The notes: generated by a model from the sequence alone, not told the origin. A stretch of DNA of 63,132 nucleotides, filler included, from Octopus bimaculoides (GCF_001194135.2; 5 parts of 5 records of this genome joined end to end with filler, not necessarily neighbours in it), one strand, 5' to 3'; counted from the first letter of the whole stretch, positions 24,751 to 37,050 are shown. Made by a program: numbers and translations.

Positions 24751-25996
24751 TGTAATAGAACGACCGTGCAAACCAAAGGAGAATGGCGACGAGACGGAAA
24801 AGGCTCCTTTTAATGCGCCACACGGTCGAACACAAAGCAATATACATAAATAACATAGAAGGCTCGTCGTGAGAGATGCGAGCCATAGTGCCAGTAAAAG
24901 GAATGAAAGAGTGACAGACACAACTGTAGTGGACACTTCTATCGCCATTATATACAAACACCACTTTCTCTCACTACTATAAATATTAACAAACGCGAGC
25001 GTAGTAGAAAGCAGCTCATTCCCTGTCATCACCTGACTGATTATTATTTGAAGCGGCAACTGCCTCGTACCGTTCCCGCCAGAACGCAAATCGACCAACC
25101 GTAGCCCCTAATAAGGTCACGTGATAGTGTTTTTCTAATGCTTCTCTGGAGCCTACCTTCAGCTATAAATAGCTTGCTAGATACCCGGCAAATTTGTCGC
25201 GCCTCAGATCGCCTAGATTTGGCCGCCGGTCACACACGCGTAACACAGCAGCAACCAGTTTCCAGCGACGACATCGACACCATCGTACAACTACGAACTA
25301 CAAGCATCGCCCCCGACGTCGCCAGCAGCAACACGACTCTACGACTACCAGCATCGTCTCCAACAGCGTCAACATGACTCTACACGTACACACGATACCG
25401 ACAGCTAACCAAACTAGCACAGCACTTCTCTTCAATCCTGTTTGTGTGATTCATTTCACGACGATAAGTAACAGCCAAGAATTTAGCCTGCGAAGAACAT
25501 CTGTATTCAAGGACCCGGCTTGGCATGGAAGACCTAACATCACAACTAGTGATCACTCTGCCCCACACGCCTTAACTTCTTATATACAGACACTAACCAC
25601 TGTGTACTCTAACAAAGAACTGGTATCTTAAATTCCAATCCGTGTTACTGACTCTTTTCTATCCGCTGTATCACTTACATTCACATACATGTATTACTCG
25701 CACACACTCTTTTCTTTACATGACGGCCTGTCTTTTATTGTGTTTCATTATGTCGCATTCACTCACACACAGACATGCAATTTAATGCTACAATAAATCT
25801 TACTGTTATTCATCTCATATGGCTGTGTTCCTATCGTCTTCCTTACTGGCATTTATGAATTCTCTATGTTATCGAAGTATAACATATTTATCATTTTGAT
25901 ATTTTTGTGTTCGACCGTGTGATGCGTTTAATAAAGGAGCCTGTTTTTCCATTCGTCACCATTTCTCCTTTTGGTGCGCACGGTCGTTCTTACACA
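24751..25996 (+). mobile_element. Unclassified non-autonomous element, ~1.25 kb, with ~90-bp imperfect TIRs and TGT...ACA ends
   Basis: 24751-24836 is the reverse complement of 25905-25996 (roughly 80% by eye). Interior has CACGTG, CTATAAATA (~25162) and AATAAA (~25792). Possible imperfect 4-bp TSD ACCT/ACCG. Confidence 0.8.
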
Positions 25997-26000
25997 ACCG

Positions 26001-26870
26001 TTAGATATATAATGAGAGTAAGTTTATTAACATAGTGGAACTGTAGTGTGTGTGTGCGTGCATGCAGCATATATAAATAACACAGTGGATAAGTCAGGCC
26101 TTCGTGTACAAGAGTATGTATACAACAATATGAAATAACGGATCGTCATATAAGCAATAGTGTGTGTACATTATGTGAGAGTACAATATGTGTGTGAGAG
26201 AGAGGAACACAGAATATAGAAAGAGTTTCTGTAACATAGACTACAAGTCTCAAACACTGAGATTGAGAAATACCAGTTCCTATATGAGTTACTCAAGATA
26301 TAGAATGTTCATACGCAGGAAGTTGTGGCCAGAAAGCAGAGCTGTGGTGTCACATGTCGAGTGTGTTGAGCATCGATGCTACGACCAGTTACCTGGTCGG
26401 AATATTCTCACAGGTTAGTTCTGACTGTTGTTCTTGGTGGTTATAATCCACTCATACAGTGTCGAGATAAAACTGTGTTTGTTGATATTGGTGTGTACTC
26501 TGGTGGTGGGGTTGCTGTCGACGACATTGTGGTAGTCAGTATATTGGTGCTGAAGTCGTCGTCGCTGGAAACTGGCTGTAGCTGTGTTCTGTATGTGTGT
26601 GTGGTCAGCGACCAGACCTGTGAGAGATCTAGAATTGAAGACGACTGGCGTCATTGGAGCGGGCTTATTTATAGATGTACAGGGGGCTCACCGGAAACCC
26701 AGAAAAACTCTCTCTCACGTGACCTTATCTGAAGGCCACGATTGGACTGTATGCACCCTGGTGCGAAGCAGAACTGGGGACAATTGCCGCACAAATGAGA
26801 ACTAATCAGGGTGGTGGACACAAGGGTCCAAGGCAGCCGAAGGCTAGATGTTAGCAGCTTCATTATCATT
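26001..26870 (-). mobile_element. Diverged relative of the 24751-25996 element in opposite orientation
   Basis: The minus strand shares ATAAGGTCACGTGA, CTATAAATA, CCAGTTTCCAGCGACGAC, GAACTGGTAT and AATAAA-TTACT in the same order as 25110-25805. Confidence 0.7.
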
Positions 26871-27284
26871 TATGATTGAATGCCTGAGAGAGAGGTTTCA
26901 CTACAACCTAAAACAATTAGCAAAAGCAGGATACATGTTATTAAACTATACACTTTTGCAGATGACAACTGGTTCTTAACTTTGTTTAACACTGAAAGCT
27001 AAGTTTACGTGCATGGCATATAAACTTAAACAATACATGGATATAACAAATAGTTTCCAATACCTGACCTGTCACAGAAAAGTACCCATTAAACACTGTA
27101 GAGTGGTTACCATTAAGAAGGCCATTTACCTGTAGAAACCCTTCTAAAGCAGACATTGAAGTTCATTGCAGTCTCATTTAATCCTGTCAACCTGTCCAAC
27201 ATGGATGTTAAATAATGGTGACGATGACAATGACGACAATAACAATGACAATGATTTATTTATTTACTTAATTGTTATATACGT

Positions 27285-27638
27285 AGGTGCAGGCATGGTT
27301 GTGTGGTACAATGCTTGCTTCCCAGCCACATGGTTCCAGGTTCAGTCCCACAGTGTCACACTTTAGGCAAGTGTCTTCTACTATAGCCTCAGGCCAAACT
27401 GAAAGAAGCCTGTTGTGTGTGTGTGTCTTTGCCTTTCTCCCTACCACAGCTTAACAACAAGTGTTGGTGTATTTATGTGCCCATAACTTAGCAGTTCGGC
27501 AAAGGTGTTCCAGGCTTTAAAAAAATAAGTACTGGGGTCAGTTCAATCAGCTAAAAAAAGATGTATTTCAAGGCATTGCCCCAGCATAATTGCAGTCTAA
27601 TAATGACTGAAACAAGTAACAGATAAGAGATAAAAGAT
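27285..27638 (+). mobile_element. SINE family A, full compact copy
   Basis: Head, short (GT)n and tail all present. Confidence 0.85.
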
Positions 27639-27733
27639 ACATAAATTAAATAATTAATCACTCTGCTTAGTATTTATGTATTGATTGATTAGTTATGAAA
27701 TTGTTAATTAAGTTGTTTTTTTATTTTAATTAG

Positions 27734-27864
27734 AGAAGAAGATGAATATGAAGACCAGTCAGATGCTGGGCAAAGTGCCAAAAGCAATGATGACTTGGGT
27801 AGTGTTAATGATGTCATTAGTCTAAATGAGAACAATGCTAATGAGTCACTGGCAGCAAGCATAG
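27734..27864 (+). CDS. MCC: MCC next coding exon: (R)EEDEYEDQSDAGQSAKSNDDLGSVNDVISLNENNANESLAASI
   Basis: Acceptor ttttaattAG (27732-27733), donor GTAAGT (27865). The phase-2 start joins the previous exon to give IIR-EEDEY, matching recalled MCC TIREEDEYSE. Ends in phase 1. Confidence 0.88.
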
Positions 27865-28368
27865 GTAAGTGATAACCATATGTGCATGTATGTATATATG
27901 TATATGATTGTGTGTGTGTACATGTGTACATTTATACTGAGTGAATGCAATTGAAATAGCATTAAATTAAAACTGCTCCAATTTGCTCAACTGGCAAAAA
28001 TGAGTTATACCTTTAATTCAAAGGGCCAGCCTTTCACATTCTGTGTCAAGCTGAATCTTCCTGAAAACTATGTTAAGGGTATGCTTGTCTGTGGAACACT
28101 CAGCCACTTATACGTTAATTTCATTAGCAGGCTCTTCCATTGATCGGATCAACTGGAACCCCATCATTGTAACCAATGGAATGGCAGTCATATATCAGAG
28201 CAAAGCAAGCATCATTACAGCAGTGCAAAATGCACCTGTCATTCTCATGAGTCACTGCTGCAATGACTTTAGTCTTAATTCAAAATATATTGTTTCTAAC
28301 ATATGCTTTCTGATGAGATTTTTCTCTCTGACAAAAACCATAGCATAATGCCTTTTAATGTTCTATAT

Positions 28369-28750
28369 AGGTGCAGGCATGGCTGTGTGGTAAGAAGCTT
28401 TCTTCCCAACCACATGGTTCTAGGTTCAGTACCACTGTATAGCAGTTTGTGCTAGTGTCTTCTACTATAGCCATAGGCTAACCAAAGCCTTGTGAGTGGA
28501 TTGGATTTGGTAAAAGGAAACTGAAAGAAGCTCATCGTATGTGTGTGTGTGTGTGTGTGTGCGTGTGTGTGCGCACGTGCGTGTGTGTGTGTGTGTCTTT
28601 GTGTCTGTGTTTGTTTTTCCACCACTGCTTGACAACCGGTATTGGTGTGTTTGCATCCCTGTGACCTAGCGGTTTAAAAAAGAAGTACTAAAAATTCAAG
28701 GTGGTGCCCCAGCATAGCTGTAGTCAAATGACTGAAACAAGTAAAAGATA
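28369..28750 (+). mobile_element. SINE family A, full copy
   Basis: Head, internal (GT)n and tail. Confidence 0.88.
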
Positions 28751-29049
28751 GAAGTGAAACTTAATACAATACACAGATGGCAATATATTATTATGATTCA
28801 AAGAAAAATACTCAAAACATCTTGTCTGAACCTGGTGCATTTCTCACTTGATACAGTTCTTCAAACCATGGAAAGTTTTGTTGCCGACTAAAGGATAACA
28901 TTGAGCAAGAAACTCAGTAGCAATAGAGTGAATCTCTAGATTTATATAAATGAATATACTCTGTAATGTGTATTAAGTACTCAGTCCCTCTTTTGATAAC
29001 TGAAAATTGTGTTTTTATGTATGTATGTATGCACTCATGTGTTTATATG

Positions 29050-31132
29050 TCAGGTCACGTATGAGGCTCTCATAAGTACTACTGGTAACATGTAATCCAG
29101 TACAACCTGTTACATGGTTGGGTTGCCGGCGACTAAACTGGCACCCCCACCAGGCTACCCTGGTGAGGAGGGTTGCTAGAAAACCAGCCGGATTGAAAAC
29201 AAGACCTGTTGAAAGCTCGGATGGACCTAGTGCAGGCTCAACGGCTATCTAGCAACAGCACGGGTATGCAGAAATTCAGGGATGGTGTCCGACGTGTTGA
29301 GGCATGTCTCTAGGAGAAGTTCACTCTGATATAAACCCAGATATGCAGAGAATGGCATTGGACATTTTGGGGATCTTTGGTTTGTGCTAGAGATCACGGT
29401 GCTCCCACATCCCTGAGCCTGCGACTTATATTGGCACCAGACATNNNNNNNNNNCCCACATCCCTGAGCCTGCGACTTATATTGGCACCAGACATCTTGC
29501 TCCGGCTTGTCTCTGGATAATGTCAATAAAGTGGAGAGGGTCTATGAGGTGTTGTGCTAGCCTCATTGGACCTAAAACTCAGCACAGGCATTGCCGACCT
29601 CTGCCTTTTTTTTTCTTGTATATATTTATCTTATTTTTAGTATATATTTTCTTCATTTTTAGTATATATTTTTATTTTTGTTTATATTCGGAAGTCCTGT
29701 GGTGATAGGAAGGTGGTGAAGCATGCAGACCTGATGGGTTGGAAGCATGTAGTCAGTGACCTGCATGTAGGCGGCCCATGCTAGATATAAAGTCATCTCC
29801 TTGTTGCCCAAGACAGTGGTAGGATTCAATTGCTGCATGGGTGTCTCAGCAGCTCCATTTGGAGAGGGTACTGCTCACCCGGAGACTGGGGAGGTTCTAG
29901 AAAAGGTGAACCAAAAATTGCCTGTCTTTCCATATCTGGTCAGTTTAGCGTGACTGACTGATGTCCACCCTGTGCTCGAAAAACAAAGAGTCTTTTATTT
30001 ATAAAATCTGGACGGAACTTAAGCATTTCATGCTGGAATGTGCGCACTCTGATTGTAGGCCTGAAAGACGCACTGCACTTGTTGCTCGTGAGCTGAACCA
30101 TTATAAAATTGATATAGCTGCACTCTCAGAGACTCGTATAGAAGGTGCTGGTCAGCTTGAGGAAGTAGGAGGTGGATACATCTTTTTTTGGAAAGGAAGG
30201 CAGAAGGAGGAGTGCAGAGAGGTTGGTGTTGGTTTTGCAGTCCGATCTGATATCCTTAAGAAGTTGGAAGAGCTCCCTATTCCTATAAAAGAACGTATAA
30301 TGACGCTACGGTTGCACTTGAAAAGTAAGAGGTTTGCTACTCTAATAAGTGTCTATGCACCTACTTTGACTAGCTGTGATGAAGATAAAACAATCTTTTA
30401 TACCCAGCTGAGAGCCATACTTCGAAAAATCCCCAATTCTGATAAAGTCATTCTACTGGGGGATTTTAATACCAGAGTTTGAACAGACTGGCAAACATGG
30501 AACTCTCTAGGACGTTTTGGAGTAGGGAAAAGGAATAGCAATGGTCTCATGCTACTGGAGCTTTACGAAGAACATGAACTTTACATCGCAAGCACTCATT
30601 TTATGCACAAAGGTGATCACACAACAACATGGATGCATCCAAGATCCAAAGTCTGGCACTTGCTGGATTATGTCATCATCTGCAAGCGCGACATTTATGA
30701 CATTTGTAATGTCATGTCCTTCCATGGATCAGAATGCTGGACAGACCACAGTCTGGTGTAAGCAAAGTTCCGAATGGTAATTAGAATGAAAGAGAGAAGA
30801 GGACCAGTCAGCATTCCTCGCCGTCTAAATGTCCACAAGGTATATGATGTTGTGGTTAGGAAAGAACTTCAGACTCACTTGTCCAGCATTGAAACTGCTG
30901 CAGCATGGGAGGATTTTCGAGACCAGGTTCTACAATGTGCAGCCGAAACCCTGGGATATGTTACTGCCAGACACAGAGACTGGTTTGACGAGAATGATGC
31001 TGAAGTTCAGCGACTATTGGTGGTAAAGCGCCATGCCCACAGTGTATTGCTACACAGAGAACTGTCTACTGTGCAGCAAAGTCTAGCACTTGCCCACTAT
31101 AACAGTGTAAAATCACTACTGCAGCGATCTCT
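29050..31132 (+). mobile_element. RTE-BovB-like LINE 5' part (5' UTR + APE endonuclease), cut by the join
   Basis: RPERRTALVARELNHYKIDIAALSETR, GYIFFWKG, GVGFAV, RIMTLRL, ATLISVYAPT, LGDFNTRV, TTWMHPRSKVWHLLDYVI and CWTDHSLV, with in-frame stops. Confidence 0.93.
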
Positions 31133-31232
31133 NNNNNNNNNNNNNNNNNNNNNNNNNNNNNNNNNNNNNNNNNNNNTTAATTAATTAANNNNNNNNNNNN
31201 NNNNNNNNNNNNNNNNNNNNNNNNNNNNNNNN
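31133..31232. other. Assembly join with TTAATTAATTAA spacer
   Basis: 44 N + 12-mer (31177-31188) + 44 N. Confidence 0.95.
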
Positions 31233-31894
31233 GACACAGTGGACCACTAGTAATACTACAGAAAATGGCAATAACATGTTGTTGTGTTGGAATCAGATAA
31301 AGGTGTCCAGAACTGTTGAAGAAACCTAAAACAGAAATATACTTTTTAAAATTTTTATTATCAGACAAATAAATATATTTACAGATTTGGAAACAAAAAC
31401 TGCACCAAGACAGCAGTCTAAAATATATCTGAATTACTAAGTTGGTATTAGGTAACTTTATTGAAGAATTAGTAATATTCATGATCTTTCCATAATATGA
31501 AAAATCTCTTATTCATAACTCTACAAGAATGTTGTTCAATATAACGTCTAGCTAATATTGAAATTTGATAAGTGAAACGCAATTACTTTTCTTGTACACT
31601 CCCTAAATTTATATACTGAAACACCAAACAATAGTTAAAGAAATCCCTCAGGTTTGGTCAAGAAAAAATATAGCTAATAAAATCTCTCTGATTCAGTGAA
31701 AGGTTTACCCATAGTTCACCCCTAAAATGAAATATACAATGAACTTTACAAACTTATATCTCTTTCTATACTCCTTAATGTGATATGAATATTCTCTAGA
31801 GCCAGGTCTATTGGAATCATTCTGCCTTCCATCATACATCAGAGGTCATCTGCTTTGAAAATTTCTGTGTTAGCAAAGTTGTAACTTTTGACAG

Positions 31895-31993
31895 AGACAA
31901 GAGAATTAAGCATGGGAACTTATTGGAAAAAGAGATCATGCAAGGACTGCACTCCTTTTATAACAACTTGCATTGGAAGATGTGAACCTCAGG
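31895..31993 (+). CDS. Candidate orphan exon (99 nt, phase 1-1), (E)TRELSMGTYWKKRSCKDCTPFITTCIGRCEPQ
   Basis: Acceptor cttttgacAG, donor CAGG|GTAAGG, one open frame. Its phase fits the preceding MCC exon; no recognised homology. Confidence 0.35.
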
Positions 31994-33950
31994 GTAAGGT
32001 TTTCTCTTTGTAAGAAAGAAAGAATCTTATGTTTTCTCCTATGCATATATGTAAAAAAAACTGCTGTATGTATAACTGAGTCATCACATCTCTCAATGTT
32101 CTGGTACATAAAAATAATTCCTATAATTCTGAGTGTGAAGTTTTGTTCTGAAACTAATTGTGTTATCAGTGATTATATTTAAAAGATAAAGAAGTAATTA
32201 ACGTATAATTAAAACCAGGTCTAAATAGAAATAATAATCCTGAAAATAAAATCACAATAAAAGCCCATGTCTACAGAAATGAATGCCAAAAGAAACTATA
32301 AAATTTAATATAGTTTCATATAATTAAAAGTATGCTTGCAATAGCTTTCTTAAATATAAGTGTTTATCCTGGTTTCTCAGAAATAGCATTGCCAACTAAT
32401 AAAGATTAGAAAATGACATGTATTGACTAATATTAAAGATTAAAGATTTTATGAGAAACAAAGACTAATGTGTTACAGATTAAGTAAATTTTGATGACTA
32501 CAGATTATAAAAAGTTGCAGTTTATGCAAATTATATAAAAACATATTTATACATAGAACATTATAATCTAAATAGAAACATTACAATGGGTTATGGAATA
32601 CAATAATAAAAAGCACCAAGTCCTTCCGTAATAACTAAGCAAAATTAGAAATTTCCAACTTGTCAGATATGCCTTATAATGATGAAGGTCCTCCTAAAGA
32701 CAGATTGCTTTCAATATGATCTATTAAATTTGTATTGAAAATACACTTGATCTTTAACTTCTGTAAAATATTGGCTTTAAACATTAACATAATCTAACAG
32801 AATTTCATCATTGGAAATATTTGACAAAAAATATATATAATTGAAAATTTAGACAGAAATCACACAAATAATTAAATCACACTCACAAAAAAAATTAAGT
32901 TTAAAAATATCAAAAATTACTATGATCTACACATAAATATATTTAAAGCAAACAAATACAATGATATCTGAAAAGCATTCTGCCTTTTCTACACAAAGCT
33001 AGTCCTTGTCCTAGTTTTCTACAACAAGCCACCATTTCTATTCACTAATTTCCTTTGCTATCAACCATTATTCCACATTAAAAATCTGTAACACAATGTT
33101 ACTGCATCAATGCTACGAATCCACAAATTATAAAACAGATTTAAAAACATTATAGTATATTTCTTCATATTCTATATCAAACAACTTTTTATAACTTTCC
33201 ATTAATACAGACACAATATTTCATCTTCTGAACAAAAACAAACACTGCTACACTACATTATTATAGACAGCTACCTACTGTTATGAATCAGTTCATGCAT
33301 CAAATATTATACAGCCATGGATGTTATTGTTTCAACTGAATAAAGTTTAAATATGAAATACTTTTATCAACATCATCCAATTAATTATGACATAAAAGAA
33401 TATGAACAACACAACCCTAAAATATGGGTGTATTATATCAACTTCTTTATTCTCTTGTCAACATTAAATATGTTAGGACAATATTGTTTCAAGTTCAGTG
33501 AGATTTATTATATCAAATGAGATTATAAAAGATTAAATAGAAACTTACCTCTTTAATAATTATATCATTGGTTATTCAGTGAGAATAGAAAGATGTATTG
33601 TTGTAGAAAGATCCATTATACGTGCTGCTGTAATGGTGTGACAATGGCTGTATGTTGATGGAGTAGTGTAGCACGTCAGGCAGATAGTCTGCTGCTAGGA
33701 GAGGGTTGCATGTGTTACTGAAGCTGTATGTTTCTGAGTGTACATCCATCTAATAGTAGTCTGCATGTATTTATCCTCAAAGATGATGTCTGTTTACTGT
33801 TATCAATGACTATTCACACACACACACACATGTATTTATATTCAAATAGCTTCCATATTCTATAGTTAAACATAACTGCTTGGATTAATGGCACCAGTAG
33901 TGTGAATATTTCTCTTTGTTAGTGATATTATTCTATATTTTAGTGGGAAT

Positions 33951-33961
33951 CTGATTGGCTG
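33951..33961 (-). promoter_or_regulatory. CCAAT box (NF-Y consensus CAGCCAATCAG)
   Basis: Full NF-Y-type motif about 200 bp upstream of a minus-strand exon-like block ending in AG|GTAAGT at 33549. Confidence 0.35.
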
Positions 33962-34384
33962 AATGACTTAAACAGAAGACCAATGACAATCTTCTCTTTG
34001 ATATTGATTTGGCTAGATAAAACAGATTAGAATTTATTTAATCACTGAAGAAAGTGAGACAGTGTGATGTTGATTCATTTTCATGAGGATTACTGGAATT
34101 AATAACAATTTTTATGCTGAAATATATTTCTCCTAGAAATTGAGTGTTAGTAGTTCTAAATTTGAATTTACGTGAATGTTTCAATATGAACACCTCTACT
34201 TTGTCACGAGAATATATAAGACTGAGATTTGTAATTTAGTAGAAATATTGTTCATTGTTAGATTTTTATGAAATAAAAAATTATTATTGATTAAACATTA
34301 TAATTTCATTTCAAGAAACAGCCACATACTAATGATTTGTATATTAAATCACAGATTCTGAGGTAGTAAAAACGAGAAAGATTA

Positions 34385-35010
34385 TTTTGAAGCCAGATAC
34401 TTAACTGGTGTTTACATCATATCAAGAATGAAAACGAAAATGATTTTGATTAGACTGATTTCAGAATGTAAAGGGTCGCGTCTAAAAACTGCAGGGCATT
34501 TTGTCCTAGCAACCAGTAGATTCTGCAAATCCTCTACCTTAATAAGGATTTCTAACTTAGGCACAAAACTTTAGAATTTTGGTATGGAGTATAGTCGATT
34601 ACACCAATCCCAATATTAGAATGGTACACATTTTATATAAACATCAGAAGGAAGAAATCGAAAGTTGATGTAGTCAGGATTTGAACTCAGAATGTAAGGG
34701 GATGTAACTAAATACAGAACGATTTTGCTAATCCTTTCATCATCATCACCATCATGAGTGAGGTTGCTAAGTGACTCACAAAGTAGATAAAAAAGAACAG
34801 AAAAAAAAGGAAAAGCTCTTGCTACTAAGTGAGGAAGAGTAATCAAAAGTGGCGGAGGGGGAGGCTTTGTGCCAAAACTAAAGGGACAAACATAGGTGTC
34901 TTGTTACAAGGATGAAAGGCAAAGTTAATCCCAGTGGGATTAAGAGGAAGAACAAATATTGCAGAGGCAATTTTTCCAGTGCTCTAAGAATTCTGTCAGC
35001 TCATTGCCTT
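34385..35010 (-). mobile_element. Cluster of old degenerate SINE family B fragments
   Basis: Partial matches to GAAAGGATGAAAGGCAAAGT and ATTTGAACTCAGAA motifs of family B. Confidence 0.5.
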
Positions 35011-35769
35011 AATAGCAAAAATATTAACAACAACAACAACAACATCTAGCATATTGACAAAAGCATAAATTTGGTGGAACAGCTGACTGAATGAAACCCA
35101 GAACATGACTGGTACTATTTCATTGATAACTGATAGTGATGATGATGATGATGATAAACTATTGTTATAAACAAAATATTTGTGTTTAAAATAAGGTATG
35201 GTTTCAGGAAGTGTTGATATTTATTTCTAGTTATTCACGTGAAATAAGTAGAATACAATTACAGTACAGAAGCTTAGATTGATTCAAAGGGAAGCTAATG
35301 GTTTGCAGAACTTCATGTTTATTTATCAGAATCATGGCTAATTTATCAACACCCTGTCTTTACACTACTATATAGCACAGATAATAAATAAGGAGTGTGT
35401 TAAGTCTGTGTGTGTGTACTAATATGACTGTTCTTCTATTCACATAGAAAAAGGTCATTGTTACTTCAACAGCTGATTAATTAGACATGCTTCACTGGTG
35501 TTTCTTCACTGGAATCTTTTGATTTAGATGTATCATTGTTTTTATATATATTTTGATCTGAAATTTCAATACAAAGTAACTTTTACAAAATACTTTAAAT
35601 GTTTGTTTTGTAAAAAAAAAAACACATGGAAACAAGAATATAATAAAAACTGAATTCTGAGTACTTATATTTTTAACAAACTGAATATAAATGTAAATTG
35701 ATTATAAAGTATTGGTAACATTATTATATTTATTAATCCTGGTATCAGAGTACACAATATTAGCTTACT

Positions 35770-36679
35770 TGAACTTGCAGATAGTCCTCATCTGTTCTCC
35801 ATGCCAGATGGTGGTATAGTTTCACTTTATGAAGATATGGACTATAACTTGCCCAGATTCTAAAGCCATACAAGAGAGCCGGCACAATAACTGTGTCATA
35901 AGTTCAGTTATTTGTCCCAGCTTTCGATTTTCATGTACCCATCTTCTGAGACAACCAAAAGTTGCATTGACTCAATTTATAATCAATACTTGTTTTGTGG
36001 TAGGTGACTACCTAACTATTGGAAGTGTTTTGCATTTTCCACCATTTATCCATATACCTGAATAACTGGACCATGTTTATGCTTGTTGATGTAAAAACTT
36101 TGGTTTCACTTAGGTGGAAATTTAGCCATCTTCTTATGAGCATGGGACTTATCTTTGGTTCTTTGGCTGAAAATGCACAAGTTTTGGAATCATGAGTGCA
36201 TTTAAGCCCACCTACACAAACAATCGTTCAGTGAAGTTATGTAAGGTGGAGAAAGTTGTCCAAAGATGTACATAAAGTTAATTTGATTAAAATGTGCCAT
36301 TACTAGGTTCTAGTAGGAAATGTAAGCGAATACTCAACAAAAGTGTGGAAGGTAATCGTAAACTGAACAGCTCAGCTATAAATGTGAGCACACAAAGCAG
36401 TATAAAGGTGAGGAACACAATGCCTCATTTTCCTCTGGGCATTAAGCACCTGTTTTATGACTGGGTAGAGGATTCTGCTTTGCCCTACATACATAAAAGC
36501 TGGTCGATAGAAGTTAAAACTAGTGGACAACGTAAGGGATTACCAATGATAATGATATTTACTCGAAGCAAATGTGGAATAAATATCTACTTATGAAATG
36601 ATGGCAAAGAGAAATTTGTCAATGTAGTCATTAACCTGATACTCCTGGTATTTCTTCATAATGCTTCAAGTCTCCTTGT
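35770..36679 (-). mobile_element. Old RTE-BovB-like RT fragment
   Basis: Minus readings PVIQVYG.MVENAKHFQ.LGSHL and TVIVPALLYGFRIWASY match BovB-type RT thumb motifs; many stops. Confidence 0.7.
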
Positions 36680-36779
36680 NNNNNNNNNNNNNNNNNNNNN
36701 NNNNNNNNNNNNNNNNNNNNNNNTTAATTAATTAANNNNNNNNNNNNNNNNNNNNNNNNNNNNNNNNNNNNNNNNNNNN
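36680..36779. other. Assembly join with TTAATTAATTAA spacer
   Basis: 44 N + 12-mer (36724-36735) + 44 N. Confidence 0.95.
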
Positions 36780-36867
36780 ATTGGAACAAATTAGACATTT
36801 AAAATGTTATTAATTGATTAACTCCTATGGTGCGTGACTTTTGCCATGCATATATATATATATATAT

Positions 36868-37050
36868 ATCATCATCATTGTTTAACATCCTCTTTCCATG
36901 CTGGCATAGGTTGAACAGTTTGACTGAGGACTGGTGAACCAGATGGCTACACCAGGGCTCCAATCTGATTTGGCAGAGTTTCTACAGCTGGATGCCCTTC
37001 CTAATGTCAACCACTCCGAGAGTGTAGTGTTTTTTACGTGCCACCTGCAC
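36868..37050 (-). mobile_element. Family C (RTE 3' UTR) copy
   Basis: Homologous to 20265-20440. Confidence 0.85.

Noticed and set aside
24721-25631. ORFs of 125-145 aa inside the TIR element
   Set aside because: Low-complexity peptides with no domain; stop positions are not shared with the sister element.
28005-28180. Sequence recalled as another octopus SINE tail
   Set aside because: Single degenerate copy in the window with no internal evidence, so it was not annotated.
29404-29495. Direct repeat CCCACATCCCTGAGCCTGCGACTTATATTGGCACCAGACAT
   Set aside because: It flanks a 10-N gap, so it is a contig-overlap artefact and not a TSD or CRISPR-like repeat.
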